Source of the DNA: Methanobacteriota archaeon
Lineage (GTDB): Archaea; Thermoplasmatota; Thermoplasmata; Thermoplasmatales; GCA-001856825
Assembly: GCA_017857235.1 (NCBI GenBank)
Contig: JAFMDN010000001.1
Coordinates: forward strand, 23,022-87,021
Reading direction: 5' to 3'
Length of the DNA stretch: 64,000 nt
Below are positions 10,653 to 21,005 of this stretch, piece after piece. Within the stretch, counting starts at the first letter, position 1. Every line of letters begins with the position of its first letter. The notes beneath the pieces are model-generated. The model ran no database searches, was not told the origin of the DNA, and saw only the letters and a program-made list of their open reading frames with translations. The translations under genes were made by a program, and so were the position numbers.

Positions 10653-11873
10653 TCAGAATTCAAAAATTTCTCCGTTCTTCGGAAGGAGAACTTTTGCTCC
10701 TGTAATTTCCTTAGCAAGTTCTTCCCTCTTCTCTCCATGCATAAGGATTACTGTAGATGGCCGGCAACCCTCAATGAAATTTAATAGCTCTCTGTGCCCT
10801 GAATGGGCTGAAAAATCGAAGAACCTAACATCCATTTTAACTTTTGTAATCACTCCCGCCAGATCTATATTTCCAGTTTCCAATAACATCCTTCCGTTAG
10901 TATCCTCCACTTGATAACCTGTGAGGAACAGACCATGCTTTGGATCATTAAGCTGAGATATGTAGTTTAAAACCGGGCCACCATCAAGCATCCCACTTGT
11001 TGTGATTATTACGTTACCCTCCATGGCCTTTTCCCTATCATAGTTATTTCGAATTTGCCTTATTCTTTTAAGCATTTTCTTGTATCTTGGGAAATTCTTA
11101 ATATATTTTGGGTGGTTCAGAAGGACATTACTTACGCTTCTCGACATTCCATCCATCCAAATTTCGAAATCTGTATTTTCTAAGACCATTAAAAGTTCTT
11201 GAGCCCTTCCTGTTGCAAAAGCCGGAACGACAGCCACCCCTCCCCTTTCATTTACCTCCTTTATGGAATTAATGAAATTTTCTTCTACATCCTTTCTAGG
11301 GGGATGCTCTTTTCCAGCATAGGTACTTTCAACTATTAGAACATCTGTATCTATAGATTTGATCCCGGTTAAAAGATGTGTATCTATGCTTTGAATATCT
11401 CCAGTAAACAGTACTTTTTTATCGTTCTGTATCAAATACATTCCACTACCTGGTAGATGGCCAGTATTGTGAACTGAAATTGTTACATCCTTGAACTCTA
11501 CAACATCCCCATACTCTATTGGTGTGAAGGCTTCTATTATATTATCCACATCTATCCTCTCATAAGGCAAAGATGTACTCTCTATTGTAGATATTTTTAC
11601 CGTATCGTATAGTAAAATTGGTGTTACTGCTAAAGTTGGAGGTGTTCCATAAACATTAGTAGGAGATGATTTAGCTAACCATGGCACCATTCCGACGTGA
11701 TCAAGATGACTGTGAGTAAGAAATACTGCATCTACCTTCGGTGCAAATGCGGGAAACTGTGGTGGCTTCGTAGGATTAATACCATAATCAAACAAAAATT
11801 TGTGAATTGAGGCGTCCAGAACGAAACCTAACCTCCCTACCTCGTTCCCTCCACCCAAAAATTGACCTTTCAT
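10653..11873 (-). CDS. beta-CASP MBL-fold ribonuclease (aCPSF2-like, no KH domains)
   Basis: GGGNEVGR, THSHLDH, GHLPGS, ESTY, FSAH, MHGE. Confidence 0.9.
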   Translation of the reverse strand: MKGQFLGGGNEVGRLGFVLDASIHKFLFDYGINPTKPPQFPAFAPKVDAVFLTHSHLDHVGMVPWLAKSSPTNVYGTPPTLAVTPILLYDTVKISTIESTSLPYERIDVDNIIEAFTPIEYGDVVEFKDVTISVHNTGHLPGSGMYLIQNDKKVLFTGDIQSIDTHLLTGIKSIDTDVLIVESTYAGKEHPPRKDVEENFINSIKEVNERGGVAVVPAFATGRAQELLMVLENTDFEIWMDGMSRSVSNVLLNHPKYIKNFPRYKKMLKRIRQIRNNYDREKAMEGNVIITTSGMLDGGPVLNYISQLNDPKHGLFLTGYQVEDTNGRMLLETGNIDLAGVITKVKMDVRFFDFSAHSGHRELLNFIEGCRPSTVILMHGEKREELAKEITGAKVLLPKNGEIFEF

Positions 11874-12643
11874 AACGACGCCTCCTCCAAACTCCTTTTA
11901 CAGCTACAGCCTCTATTTTCAGGTATTTTGGGGAGTAGATTCTCTAACAACCTCATTACCTTCTCCTCGTTCTCTTTCATTACTTTAGTTACTTCTGATG
12001 CTGATACTGGTTTATCAGCCCAGACGTCAAAATCTGTAACTGTAGCCAATGTCATATAGCACATGCCCATTTCCCTTGCTAGATTTATTTCTGGCACCAG
12101 AGTCATCCCAATTATATTCCCGATCTGCCTGAAAAATCTCGATTCAGCCCTTGTACTGAACCTCGGACCTTCTATGCAAACATATGTTGAGCCCTTTTTT
12201 ATATTTATACCCATTTTTTTCCCCTCAGTATAAGCTATTTCTGATAATTCTGGACAAAATGGATCAGCCATGGAAATGTGAACTACCTTTGGGCCATCAT
12301 AGAAAGTGTAAATTCTCCCCTTTGTAAAATCAAAAAATTGATCAGGTATTACTACTGTCCCAGGTGGCAATTCTGGATCCAACGAACCTACTGCGGAAAT
12401 GCTTATAACCCTTTCAATTCCCAGTTGATTAAGAGCAAATATGTTTGCCCTGTTGTTTATTTTGTGGGGTGGAATTTTGTGTGGTTTTCCATGCCTGTAC
12501 AAAACAGCAACTTCCACACCGCCAATTTCTCCCACTTCAATGGGGGATGATGTTTCACCATAGGGGGTATGAATTAAAATGGACTTATATTTAGTCAGCA
12601 AGTTTCCTACTGCTGATCCACCGATTATTGCAATCTTACTCAT
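11870..12643 (-). CDS. mtnP: 5'-methylthioadenosine phosphorylase
   Basis: IIGGS, RHGKPH, EGPRFSTRAES, GMT..PE, TDFD. Confidence 0.9.
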   Translation of the reverse strand: MSKIAIIGGSAVGNLLTKYKSILIHTPYGETSSPIEVGEIGGVEVAVLYRHGKPHKIPPHKINNRANIFALNQLGIERVISISAVGSLDPELPPGTVVIPDQFFDFTKGRIYTFYDGPKVVHISMADPFCPELSEIAYTEGKKMGINIKKGSTYVCIEGPRFSTRAESRFFRQIGNIIGMTLVPEINLAREMGMCYMTLATVTDFDVWADKPVSASEVTKVMKENEEKVMRLLENLLPKIPENRGCSCKRSLEEASL

Positions 12644-12823
12644 TGAGTAGTGATATAATGATACCTAAAATATATTTTCACGGTCATTAATCAATTAATC
12701 TAATTAATAATGAAAATTCAAAATTTATTATCGCATCAGAAATTTAATGATAGCATCTGGACCTAACTGATGATATATAAAACATAACGCAAGATTAAAT
12801 ATCCATAATGAATAAGGGGAAAT

Positions 12824-13057
12824 ATGGAAGGCAAATCACGTCCCCTAGGATTACTGGGTAGCAGCTTGAACAAGTACGTTTTAGTTAAAGTTAAGTGGAA
12901 TCGAGAGTACAGGGGAAAACTGGATGGATACGACCAACATATGAATTTAGTGATAAAAGAGGCAGAGGAAATAATAGACAGTAAATCCAATGGAGTTTTG
13001 CCCATAGCTGTTATCAGAGGGGATGTGGTTGTATATATTTCGCCTTCGGAGGTGTAA
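12824..13057 (+). CDS. Sm-like (Lsm/SmAP1) protein
   Basis: GKLDGYDQHMNLV, IRGDVVVYISP; precedes rpl37e as usual in archaea. Confidence 0.93.
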   Translation: MEGKSRPLGLLGSSLNKYVLVKVKWNREYRGKLDGYDQHMNLVIKEAEEIIDSKSNGVLPIAVIRGDVVVYISPSEV

Positions 13058-13061
13058 ATAA

Positions 13062-13223
13062 ATGAGAGGAACTCCATCCATGGGCAAGAGGAGCAGGATA
13101 AAAGTTCATATAAAATGCAGGAGGTGCGGACATCACGCATACAATGTTCAGAAAAAGAGGTGTGCACACTGTGGATATCCTGCCCCTAGAATTAGAGAAT
13201 ATAGCTGGGCAAAAAGTAAGTGA
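13062..13223 (+). CDS. rpl37e: 50S ribosomal protein L37e (not in ORF track, 53 aa)
   Basis: Manual translation [53 protein letters not shown]; GGAGGTG SD upstream. Confidence 0.95.
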   Translation: MRGTPSMGKRSRIKVHIKCRRCGHHAYNVQKKRCAHCGYPAPRIREYSWAKSK

Positions 13224-14592
13224 TAAATGTGGAGTAGTTGCGCTATTAGAAGACAGTGGGGTAGAATATAGATTAATCCAGTCCCTGAGGATCCTGCAGC
13301 ATAGGGGTCAGGAATCTGCTGGTATTTGTATTTACAATGGTAAGAATTTAAAGGTCTATAAAGGGATGGGTCTTGTCAGGGAAGTATTTTCTCAGATAAA
13401 GATAGATCAAACAGGGGATAGGGGAATTGGACACATCAGGTACAGCACTGCTGGTTCTTCCGTAATAGATAATGCACAACCTATATTTTCTAGGGTTGGA
13501 AAATATGAGATAGCAATGGGCCACAATGGAGAAATAGTAAATGCAGAAGAGATCAGGAATGAACTTGAATCTAAAGGTTATTCATTCAATACTACATCAG
13601 ATACTGAAGTAATCTTGAGGCTACTTGCTATAAATCTCGCAAGGGGGGAGGATATAATAGATGCAATGAAACTAACATTCAGTAAAATTAGAGGTGCATA
13701 TTCCCTAGTTATAATGATAAATGAAAGGGTTTTTGGTGTTAGGGATCCCAATGCTATTAGGCCCCTGGCAATTGGAAAAACTAAAAAAGGTTTTGGAATT
13801 GCATCTGAAAACGTTGTATTTGAACAACTTGGAGGTAAAATTATTAGAGATTTCTATCCTGGTGAAATTATTGAGTTGACGGAGAATGGTTATAAAAGTT
13901 ATAGGTTTGGTAATGAATCCCCAGCACATTGCATGTTTGAATATGTTTATTTTGCAAGGCCTGATTCCACAATAGATGGTAGAAACGTATTTGAAGTAAG
14001 GAAAAAAATTGGAGAAATACTTGCTAGAGAATGTCCTGCTGATGCAGATATTGTAATCCCGGTACCTGATTCTGGGAGATCCCATGCCTTAGGGTATTCC
14101 ATTGGTTCGGGAATACCTTTTGTGGAGGGTTTAATAAAAAATAGGTATGTTGATCGCACTTTTATTATGCCAACACAAAATAAGAGGGAAGATGAACTTG
14201 ATATAAAGCTCAACCCTATAAAGGAAGTTGTACAGGATAAAAGAGTTGTCCTTGTGGATGATTCAATTGTACGCGGGAATACAATGAGGAAGATTGTTAA
14301 ACTTTTAAGGGATGCCGGAGCTAAAGAAGTTCATGTAAGGGTTGGGTCCCCACCAATAAAATATCCTTGTTATCTCGGGATAGATATGAAAACCAAGGAG
14401 CAATTCGTGGCCAAGGAAGGTAAAAGCCTTGACGAACTGGCAAAGGAATTTGGTGCTAATAGCGTTGCTTATGTTTCAATAGACGGATTGGTGGAAGCAA
14501 TAGGATTTGAAAAAAATAATCTTTGCCTTGGCTGCCTCATTGGGAAATATCCAATACCAATTACTAATTTGAATGCAAACAATTTTACCTAA
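13171..14592 (+). CDS. purF: Amidophosphoribosyltransferase
   Basis: CG.. Ntn nucleophile, [23 protein letters not shown]; start placed at GTG 13171 by GAGGTG at 13157-13162 (track start 13144). Confidence 0.93.
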   Translation: MDILPLELENIAGQKVSDKCGVVALLEDSGVEYRLIQSLRILQHRGQESAGICIYNGKNLKVYKGMGLVREVFSQIKIDQTGDRGIGHIRYSTAGSSVIDNAQPIFSRVGKYEIAMGHNGEIVNAEEIRNELESKGYSFNTTSDTEVILRLLAINLARGEDIIDAMKLTFSKIRGAYSLVIMINERVFGVRDPNAIRPLAIGKTKKGFGIASENVVFEQLGGKIIRDFYPGEIIELTENGYKSYRFGNESPAHCMFEYVYFARPDSTIDGRNVFEVRKKIGEILARECPADADIVIPVPDSGRSHALGYSIGSGIPFVEGLIKNRYVDRTFIMPTQNKREDELDIKLNPIKEVVQDKRVVLVDDSIVRGNTMRKIVKLLRDAGAKEVHVRVGSPPIKYPCYLGIDMKTKEQFVAKEGKSLDELAKEFGANSVAYVSIDGLVEAIGFEKNNLCLGCLIGKYPIPITNLNANNFT

Positions 14593-15379
14593 ATTCCCGT
14601 TTTATTTTCTCTATTTTTTCTTTAGTCCTCTTGGGTATATCTGATTTAATTCCTGCCAAATCGGCTCTTGCGGCTTTCACAATGCCGTTGGCATAAACTC
14701 TGGCAATTTTTCCTGCTAGTTTCCTAGGCGCTTTATATATGTCTGGTATTTCATATATGACCCCGTGCTTTGGAGGGGTGCCCTTTCCTTTTTTAAATCT
14801 AAAAAAGGCTTTTTCTGCACCCAATATCTGTATTGCACTTGATGAACTCATAGCAATTTCTTTTATTCCACCTGATAAACTTATGAGCCTTGCAGTAACT
14901 TTATGTCCAATGAGGGAAGACGTATTGGGAGCATTCCTTTCCACATATGCCTTAAGCATAGAATCCAATTTGTCCCTGTAATTCAGCAAATTTTCTTCTA
15001 ACTCTTGAAAGAGCTTTGTTGCTCCTGGATCTATCTTATCGGAATATTTTATCAGAGTTTCTGATTCCACTTTTTTCAATGTCACAAAATTTATGAACTT
15101 GTCAATTTCATCAATCATTTTAACAAGCTTATCTATAATTTGGTCTTCCGTTATCTTTTCTCTCATTATACTTTTGTTAATGGCGCTTGTAAGTTCCTTT
15201 ATATTTTCCAAGTCTAAATTTTTATTGACCAGTGAATCTGTGAACACTATAGTTTCTCCATTATATTCAGATCTGCCTTCTCTTAATAATTCCAAATATA
15301 TTTTCATAAATTCATCTTTCGATATTTTTATTTTCCTGACGCCATCACTCAATTCGTCGTAGCTAACTAGATAAAGCAT
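14585..15379 (-). CDS. nop5: Nop5 (NOP56/58) box C/D RNP protein
   Basis: APN, IQILGAEKAFF, PPKHGVIY, GKIAR, ARAD. Confidence 0.9.
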   Translation of the reverse strand: MLYLVSYDELSDGVRKIKISKDEFMKIYLELLREGRSEYNGETIVFTDSLVNKNLDLENIKELTSAINKSIMREKITEDQIIDKLVKMIDEIDKFINFVTLKKVESETLIKYSDKIDPGATKLFQELEENLLNYRDKLDSMLKAYVERNAPNTSSLIGHKVTARLISLSGGIKEIAMSSSSAIQILGAEKAFFRFKKGKGTPPKHGVIYEIPDIYKAPRKLAGKIARVYANGIVKAARADLAGIKSDIPKRTKEKIEKIKREFR

Positions 15380-15550
15380 TCATAATCCTATTATGAATAT
15401 GTTAATTAAATTTTATATCCCCATTTTTTAAACAAACTATCATTTGTTAATTTTTAATCTGTTAAATGCTTAATTTTCGCATTCAATGAAGAAATTGCAC
15501 ATCCATTATGATTCCAATTAAAATTTTATACTTATAAAGAATTTACCCTA

Positions 15551-16003
15551 ATGCAACTAAAAAAATATGATTATGATAGACTCCTGTATGAATATAGGGA
15601 GAAGTTTGACAATAAAAACCCCCTTCAATATACTGTTAATTTTTTAAGGAATAAGGTGGATAAATATAACTGGGTTGGAATTTACATGGTAGAAGACGAT
15701 GATTTGGTATTAAGAGCCTGGGATGGACCGGAAGCTACTGAGCACGTCAGGATAAAGATAGGTGAAGGAATATGTGGGCTAGCAGCTAAAGAACAATTTA
15801 CAGTTGTAGTACCTGATGTATCAAAGGACAGCAGATATATTGCCTGTTTTCCCAATACAAAATCTGAGATAGTTGTACCAATTTTCAATAATGGTAAAGT
15901 AATTGGAGAAATTGATATAGACAGCGATTTAATCGATCCTTTTGACAAGAAAGACGAGCATTTCCTCGAAAGCATAGCAAACTTTTTAGGCAGTTTGTTA
16001 TAA
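15551..16003 (+). CDS. msrC: GAF-domain protein, free methionine-R-sulfoxide reductase-like
   Basis: WVGIY, GEGICG, YIAC, SEIVVP, DIDS. Confidence 0.8.
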   Translation: MQLKKYDYDRLLYEYREKFDNKNPLQYTVNFLRNKVDKYNWVGIYMVEDDDLVLRAWDGPEATEHVRIKIGEGICGLAAKEQFTVVVPDVSKDSRYIACFPNTKSEIVVPIFNNGKVIGEIDIDSDLIDPFDKKDEHFLESIANFLGSLL

Positions 16004-16063
16004 GTGTCAATGTTGACTGCAGATTCGATTGACCTAATGAATAATTTTGGAGGTAATGCTCAT

Positions 16064-16258
16064 ATGATTGTTAAAAAATATACTAAATATGAGAAAGCTA
16101 GAATTATAGGTGCAAGGGCTCTCCAGATATCAATGGGGGCCCCAATTCTGGTTGACATTCCAAAGGATATAATTGACCCTGTAAAAATTGCCTTAATAGA
16201 ACTTGAGAATGATGCAATTCCCATGACTGTTAAGCGCAAGAAGAGGTCAACAGTATGA
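16064..16258 (+). CDS. rpoK: RNA polymerase subunit K (Rpo6)
   Basis: [21 protein letters not shown]; ATG at 16064 after GGAGGT (track start 16004). Confidence 0.95.
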   Translation: MIVKKYTKYEKARIIGARALQISMGAPILVDIPKDIIDPVKIALIELENDAIPMTVKRKKRSTV

Positions 16259-16638
16259 AAAATTGGAGTGGTCATATTATTTTTCCCGATGACTTTCAGT
16301 GGAAATATCTGGAAAAGAGCTATAAAGGATTAATGGAACTATTCTTTGAAGAAACAGGAGAACTCGAGGAAGAACCAGACCATCGGGACGTTATAATATA
16401 TATAAACATGGTAGATATAAAAAATAATAGAAAACCTGAAGGATATAATAGAGAGGGAAAGCTCAGGATGGTCTTTCCTTTGCATAGGAAAGAAATTACA
16501 ATTTTATCGCCCTTACCTGAATCCTACGTAAGGGATGTTTCCGAATCTCTCAGCAGGTATCTTACCAGTAAGAAAATAAAGCACAATTTGGAATTTGATT
16601 TAATGAAATACACTGAATACAGGAAAAAGAGAAAATAA
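16255..16638 (+). CDS. Hypothetical protein
   Basis: 127-aa ORF coupled to rpoK by ATGA overlap. Confidence 0.7.
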   Translation: MKNWSGHIIFPDDFQWKYLEKSYKGLMELFFEETGELEEEPDHRDVIIYINMVDIKNNRKPEGYNREGKLRMVFPLHRKEITILSPLPESYVRDVSESLSRYLTSKKIKHNLEFDLMKYTEYRKKRK

Positions 16639-16640
16639 GT

Positions 16641-17780
16641 TTATCCCAGATATTCAAGAATTCTATTTCCACCTTCAATTAGTTCTTCCATAGACAAAGC
16701 ATATGAGATTCTAAAATTGAACTTGGAAGATGGTCCGAATGGTTCACCGGGTGTCACCAGAACTCCCTTCTTTTCTAGAAGATCGTTGCTGAATTTGTTC
16801 CCATCCATACCATTCAATAGTTTTGGAAATATATAAAAAGTTCCGCGTGGTATATTTAATTTCAACTTTTCGCTCTTTGATAGTATCTGATAAATTTTGT
16901 TTCTCTTTTCTTGGAAGGATTCTTTCAATTTTTGAGGAAAAACCCTGTCATCCATGGCTTTCAATGCGGCATACTGAGAAATTGATGGTGCACATGTAAT
17001 TGTATGCTGCTGATAAGCATCTAAATATGGACTAAATGATTTTGGGGAGATAATATAACCTATTCTCCAGCCAGTCATTGCGTGGCTCTTTGAGAAACCA
17101 TTTACGACGAATGTTAAATCTTCCATGCCTGGAAACTGCAGAATTGATTCGTGTTTCCCCTCATACACTATATCTTCATAAATTTCATCTGACATCACAT
17201 AAATCTTCTTATCCAAGGAAATATCTGCCAATGCTTTTAACTCTTCATGGGTTGCAACCCAACCTTGTGGGTTGGCAGGGCTATTTAGGAGTAACATTTT
17301 TGTTTTGGGTGAAATCTTTTCCTTCAGATCCTCAATATCCAAGGATCCATCATCGTTTGAGTTAACGTATACTGGCTTCCCTCCAAAAAGCTTCACAATT
17401 TCTGGATAAGATAAAAATGATGGGTCTTGGAGCAAAACCTCATCACCTGGCTCAATCACTGATCCCACTGCTATGTTAATTGCAAATTTTGCAATCGATA
17501 CTATAACCTGGGATGGCAGTATTTCCTTTGAGGTCATATCTGAATATTTCTTTGCTATTTTGCTTCTCAATTCAGGAATCCCGGAAGATGGAGTATAATG
17601 AGTTTTTCCGGCCTGGGCCATTTTGAATGCATATTCTATCACTTCAATTGGTGTGGTTGGCTCAGGTTCCCCGGCTGCAAATGATATTACGCTTTTCCCT
17701 TGAGACTTTAGCTGGGAAAATTTGTTATTCAGAGAAATTGTTGCAGAGGGTGTTATGTTTTTATATAAGGTAGATACCAT
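16641..17780 (-). CDS. Class I/II PLP aminotransferase (aspartate aminotransferase-like)
   Basis: GEP, NSPANPQG, SDEIY, GFSKSHAMTGWRIG. Confidence 0.93.
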   Translation of the reverse strand: MVSTLYKNITPSATISLNNKFSQLKSQGKSVISFAAGEPEPTTPIEVIEYAFKMAQAGKTHYTPSSGIPELRSKIAKKYSDMTSKEILPSQVIVSIAKFAINIAVGSVIEPGDEVLLQDPSFLSYPEIVKLFGGKPVYVNSNDDGSLDIEDLKEKISPKTKMLLLNSPANPQGWVATHEELKALADISLDKKIYVMSDEIYEDIVYEGKHESILQFPGMEDLTFVVNGFSKSHAMTGWRIGYIISPKSFSPYLDAYQQHTITCAPSISQYAALKAMDDRVFPQKLKESFQEKRNKIYQILSKSEKLKLNIPRGTFYIFPKLLNGMDGNKFSNDLLEKKGVLVTPGEPFGPSSKFNFRISYALSMEELIEGGNRILEYLG

Positions 17781-17849
17781 GGCGAATTATGTCTTCTTGA
17801 TATATTTAAATTTACATTTTCCTTACTTCGAAATGTAAATTAATCAGGT

Positions 17850-18632
17850 ATGGTTATTGAATTAGTGGCTGTAATTGCAAAAAATCTATATAAAAAGTAC
17901 GGAAACAAATTGATTCTCAATGACATAAATTTAGAGATAGTAGATGGTGACATCTTTGGCCTACTTGGACCTAATGGTTCCGGTAAATCAACACTAATGA
18001 AAATTTTTGCAGGGACACTGAAATATGATTATGGTCAGGTGACAGTAGAATCATACGATCCAAATAGAAATCCAATTGAAATAAGAAAAATTGTTGGTTA
18101 TGTTCCTGAGACTCCAGTTTTGTATGAATCATTGACTCCGAGAGAATATTTTGAATTCATAGGTAGCATGAGGGGTCTCGACATTTCTCCAAATTTATTG
18201 GAAAAGAGGATTGACGAATTGGCATATGCCCTTGGAATTTCTGAATATATGGATAATTTTATTGGTTCCCTTTCCTTTGGTACTAAGCAGAAGGTATCTA
18301 TAATTTCATCCCTACTTCACAATCCTAAAATTCTAATACTTGATGAGAGCATTAACGGCCTTGACCCAAAATCAGCAAAGATTTTTAAGAGCCTTCTAAT
18401 GGATCTTTCTAAGGAAGGAAAAATAATTATTTTCTCCACACACATATTAGAAATAGCACAGAACATATGCAAGAAAGTTGCAATAATGGATAAAGGCTCA
18501 GTAAAGTATACTGGGAAAATAGATGAAATTTCTTCCCAGGATAAAAACCTAGAAGAAGTTTTTCTTAAATTAACATCTTCAGAGGACATAGATCAGATAG
18601 TTAAAGCACTGAAGGAGTCTATAACTTCGTAA
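17850..18632 (+). CDS. ABC transporter ATP-binding protein (ABC-2/multidrug type)
   Basis: GPNGSGKST, LSFGTKQK, ILDE, STH. Confidence 0.9.
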   Translation: MVIELVAVIAKNLYKKYGNKLILNDINLEIVDGDIFGLLGPNGSGKSTLMKIFAGTLKYDYGQVTVESYDPNRNPIEIRKIVGYVPETPVLYESLTPREYFEFIGSMRGLDISPNLLEKRIDELAYALGISEYMDNFIGSLSFGTKQKVSIISSLLHNPKILILDESINGLDPKSAKIFKSLLMDLSKEGKIIIFSTHILEIAQNICKKVAIMDKGSVKYTGKIDEISSQDKNLEEVFLKLTSSEDIDQIVKALKESITS

Positions 18633-18678
18633 ATTAAGGTATATGGAACATTAATAAATATGTGTTTCATGTCTAAAT

Positions 18679-19764
18679 ATGCTTCATTATTTTAAGGTAT
18701 CAATCCCGCTCATCCAGGAATTTAAAACAAGTTTTGGTGTGCAATACCAAAGGGAGGCAGTAATACTTCGATACTATGATGGGGAGATTGAAGCTTTCGG
18801 AGAGATGGTTTCGGATGAATATCCTGGATATTCTTATGAGTTCAATGACGCTGAAATTATTGTCATAAAAAAATATTTAGCCCCTATTTTGAAAAAAACC
18901 CAAGACCCTGAAGAATTTTCTAAATTAACTGAACATATAAAAGGGCATAATATGGCCAAGGCTGCCTTGGAAATGATGCTTTATGATTATATTTCAAAGA
19001 AAGAGGAAAAACCGCTCTATAAATTTATAGGTAGAACTAAGGGTTATGCTGATGTTGGAATATCTATTGGCATATCAAGTATTGATGCCACCATTAGTAC
19101 AGTAGAGAAGGCAGTTAATAGGGGATATAAGAGAATCAAAGTTAAAATACAGAAAGGGCATGATATTGAGCTTTTGAAATCCTTAAGGGGGAAGTTTCCT
19201 AATATTCCCTTGAGTGTGGATGCTAATCAGGATTACACCTTAAAAGATTTGGAAACTTTGAAGAAATTGGACGATTTCAATCTAGAATATATAGAACAGC
19301 CTCTTGGTAAAGATGATTTCATAGGATATACAAAGCTAAAAAAAGAGATTCAAACAAAAATATGCCTAGATGAGTCCATTGAGTCCCCAGAATCGGCCAT
19401 AATGTATATTGAAGCAGGTATTGCAGACATTATTAATTTGAAACCTGGAAGAATGGGTGGCATTGGAAATACTTTGAAGGTAATTGATATTGCAAAGAAA
19501 AATTCAGTGGGTTTATGGGTTGGTGGCATGCTAGAAACAGGTATTGGAAGATCCTTCAATATTTCCATAGCATCCCTAGAAGATGTAAAATTACCTGGAG
19601 ATACAAGCCCCAATGACAAATACTTTTGGAAGGATATAACAATGGAGGTTTTTACCATGGAAAACGGGAGAATTTATCCATTCAACAATCCTGGGATAGG
19701 TGTAACCATTGACTACCCCAATTTCATTCAGGTGATGAAGGATGGAGAAAAAATTATTGATTGA
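18679..19764 (+). CDS. menC: o-succinylbenzoate synthase / N-succinylamino acid racemase (enolase superfamily)
   Basis: RIKVK, DANQ, EQP, DES, NLKPGRMGG, WVGGMLETGIG, PGD. Confidence 0.85.
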   Translation: MLHYFKVSIPLIQEFKTSFGVQYQREAVILRYYDGEIEAFGEMVSDEYPGYSYEFNDAEIIVIKKYLAPILKKTQDPEEFSKLTEHIKGHNMAKAALEMMLYDYISKKEEKPLYKFIGRTKGYADVGISIGISSIDATISTVEKAVNRGYKRIKVKIQKGHDIELLKSLRGKFPNIPLSVDANQDYTLKDLETLKKLDDFNLEYIEQPLGKDDFIGYTKLKKEIQTKICLDESIESPESAIMYIEAGIADIINLKPGRMGGIGNTLKVIDIAKKNSVGLWVGGMLETGIGRSFNISIASLEDVKLPGDTSPNDKYFWKDITMEVFTMENGRIYPFNNPGIGVTIDYPNFIQVMKDGEKIID

Positions 19765-20866
19765 AAATGTAAAAAAACAATTCCAGAGGATGGTCGAACT
19801 TAGAAGAGATATCCATAAGCACCCTGAGATTGGAATGGAAACTGTTAGGACCTCTGAAATAGTCATTTCCGAAGCTAGTAAATTCGGCTTGAAATATAAA
19901 AAGATAGGAAATGGAGTAGTTTTAGACTTTGTAGATGAGCCTCATATAGCTCTGAGGGCTGATATGGATGCACTTCCAATCAATGAAGAAACAAATCTCC
20001 TTTTTTCTTCGGAGATACCAAATAGGATGCATGCTTGCGGGCATGACATGCACACCGCAATTTTGCTTGGCTTAATTCCCATTGTCAAAAATATGAATCT
20101 TCCTGTTAGAATGATATTCCAACCAGGGGAGGAGATAGGCAAAGGAGCTATCTCAATGATAGATGGAGGTGCACTTGATGGTATAAAATTCATTTTTGGT
20201 CTCCATGCATGGACCTCCATGGATGTCGGCGAGTATCATATTGTAAAAGGCGGAGCCATGGCAGCTGTTGACAACTTCATTATCAAAATAAGAGGGAAAG
20301 GTGGACATGCTGCCTATCCTCATCTAGCTTATGATACTATTGCGGAAGCTGCTCGCGTAATTAATTACCTATTAGAAATACCAAGCAGAAAGGTTAATCC
20401 TCTTGATCCTGCGGTTGTTTCTATAGGATACATTAAAGGTGGATATACCAATAATGTTATTCCTCAAATTGTGGAAATGGGTGGCACAGCTAGATCACTT
20501 AACCAAAATGTCGCTTCAATCATTGAGAGAGAAATCAAGTCCATTTCTAATGAGCACGTGGAGGTAACATATGAAAAAGAGCTACCTGTCCTTGAGAACG
20601 ATGTTGAATATTCTTATTCGATAGATAGAATCGCAAAGGAATTTGTCAAAGACAGGATGGTTCCACCTACCATGGGTGGGGAGGATTTCGCCTTTTACTG
20701 TAAAAAAACACGTTGTGCCTTTGCATTTCTTGGAACTGGTAAAATCAATGGCATCGAAGTTTCAAAACACAGCAGTAACTTCAATATAAATGAAGAATCT
20801 ATGATATATGGGGCCCTTCTCCATATTTCAGCCATTCTGGCCGCGGAAGAATTGATCAAAGTGTAG
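19742..20866 (+). CDS. M20D amidohydrolase
   Basis: RADMDALP, MHACGHD, FQPGEE, GGHAA, GEDF. Confidence 0.9.
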   Translation: MEKKLLIENVKKQFQRMVELRRDIHKHPEIGMETVRTSEIVISEASKFGLKYKKIGNGVVLDFVDEPHIALRADMDALPINEETNLLFSSEIPNRMHACGHDMHTAILLGLIPIVKNMNLPVRMIFQPGEEIGKGAISMIDGGALDGIKFIFGLHAWTSMDVGEYHIVKGGAMAAVDNFIIKIRGKGGHAAYPHLAYDTIAEAARVINYLLEIPSRKVNPLDPAVVSIGYIKGGYTNNVIPQIVEMGGTARSLNQNVASIIEREIKSISNEHVEVTYEKELPVLENDVEYSYSIDRIAKEFVKDRMVPPTMGGEDFAFYCKKTRCAFAFLGTGKINGIEVSKHSSNFNINEESMIYGALLHISAILAAEELIKV

Positions 20867-21005
20867 TTAATTTATTTTTCTTAATCCCTTTTTTAAGCAA
20901 TGATTGCTCTTGATATGTAAAATATCTCATTTTTCAACTTACTGTTGGAAATATTCCATAGGTTATCTATGTGGTAAAATAATTTATAATATTATGTAAT
21001 AATGG

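Noticed and set aside
12745-12795. ATGATAG...CTGA TGATAT as a possible C/D box sRNA upstream of lsm
   Set aside because: Degenerate C box and no terminal D box; likely promoter sequence
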